Shown here: one piece after another, positions 61,336-64,000 of the stretch
Layout of the letters: the number at the start of each line of letters is the position of its first letter
Numbering within the stretch: the stretch's first letter is position 1
Assembly: GCF_009914755.1 (NCBI RefSeq)
Contig: NC_060934.1
Length of the DNA stretch: 64,000 bases
From: the human T2T-CHM13v2.0 reference genome, Homo sapiens
Strand: one strand, 5' to 3'
Notes under the pieces: model-generated
Seen by the model: the letters and a program-made list of their open reading frames with translations, nothing else
What the model was told of the DNA's origin: nothing
Databases searched by the model: none
Made by a program: the position numbers and the translations under genes

Positions 61336-62149
61336 AAATGGTAATTATTATTTTTTCCAATTAATTTTCTAATGGTTTCATTATAACTTGAGAAATTAAC
61401 TTTGAAGTCTTTTAAAAGCTGGCAATTATTATTTTTCAAGTGGTCTTTATTGAATTTACACTAAGCTAACTGTTGGGTGAACTTAGGAGAGGGGATAAGG
61501 TGAAGAGGAGATGAGGTACTTAGCTTTTATTTTTGAAAATTCACTTTTAGTGGGAGGAAATACTATTGTATTCATCCATATTTATGAAAAATAAATTGAA
61601 CATTTAATACTGCATTAAAGCAATTGTAAATCAGTAAAATAATTATGAAGGTCTTTGCTTTTATAGACAAATATTCTCAGAGGAGAAAAAAGAGTAAGTT
61701 CAATTGGCACAAGATGAGTTTTCTAAGGAGCTTTCAAACTCTGCTCTCCAAAGTCCTTCTATGTAGTAAGGTCACAACCAAAATAGTTTTAATTTTACAT
61801 ATTCTATAGTTAGCACATTAAGCATGTTAGAGATAGATCTTTATACACTGCATGTAGAGTGTAAGCACGTTCTGGATTTTGTACATAATTGGTATGCCAG
61901 GGATTCATTTATGGAACTCATTGAAAATGTTTTAATGTATGAAGTATTTAAAAGATGTGAAGAGTATTTTTAATGTTTGAATTTATTGCATATTTGGTCA
62001 AAGTTATGTTTATATTTAGAATTGGAGAGAACATGAGTGACGGAAAATTTGAAAAATGCACAATTAACGTGTAATTTTAAAACATGTTTTAATCCTGAAA
62101 TCAAATTTAATTTTTAAAAATAATTACCTAGTTGGAAGGCCAGAGGTAA

Positions 62150-64000
<1,851 letters not shown>

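Overview
AT-rich, repeat-dense primate (human-like) intergenic or deep-intronic DNA with no credible host protein-coding gene. Most supplied ORFs are Alu, L1, LTR, Tigger or microsatellite artefacts. Contents: about 15 Alus; a 5'-inverted (twin-primed) L1PA3-like insertion in an old L1M; solo LTRs (THE1, LTR22, LTR13, MER50, MLT2B, MLT1A); a decayed ERVL provirus; a 5'-truncated HERV-L pol/dUTPase fragment with an MLT2A1 LTR lacking U5; DNA-transposon fossils (MER1B, MER5A, Charlie-type hAT, Tigger1/3/4, MADE1, MER85). The least routine structures are (1) a ~1.35-kb CpG-rich 27-bp minisatellite with open frames on both strands, (2) two locally templated insertions, one inverted, splitting an Alu and later split by LTR13, and one direct, bracketed by ~59-bp direct repeats, (3) fold-back hairpins at transposon ends and several short tandem duplications. 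Subfamily names come from recalled consensus similarity, not a database search. I found no evidence of a new gene system; the novelty is structural or regulatory.
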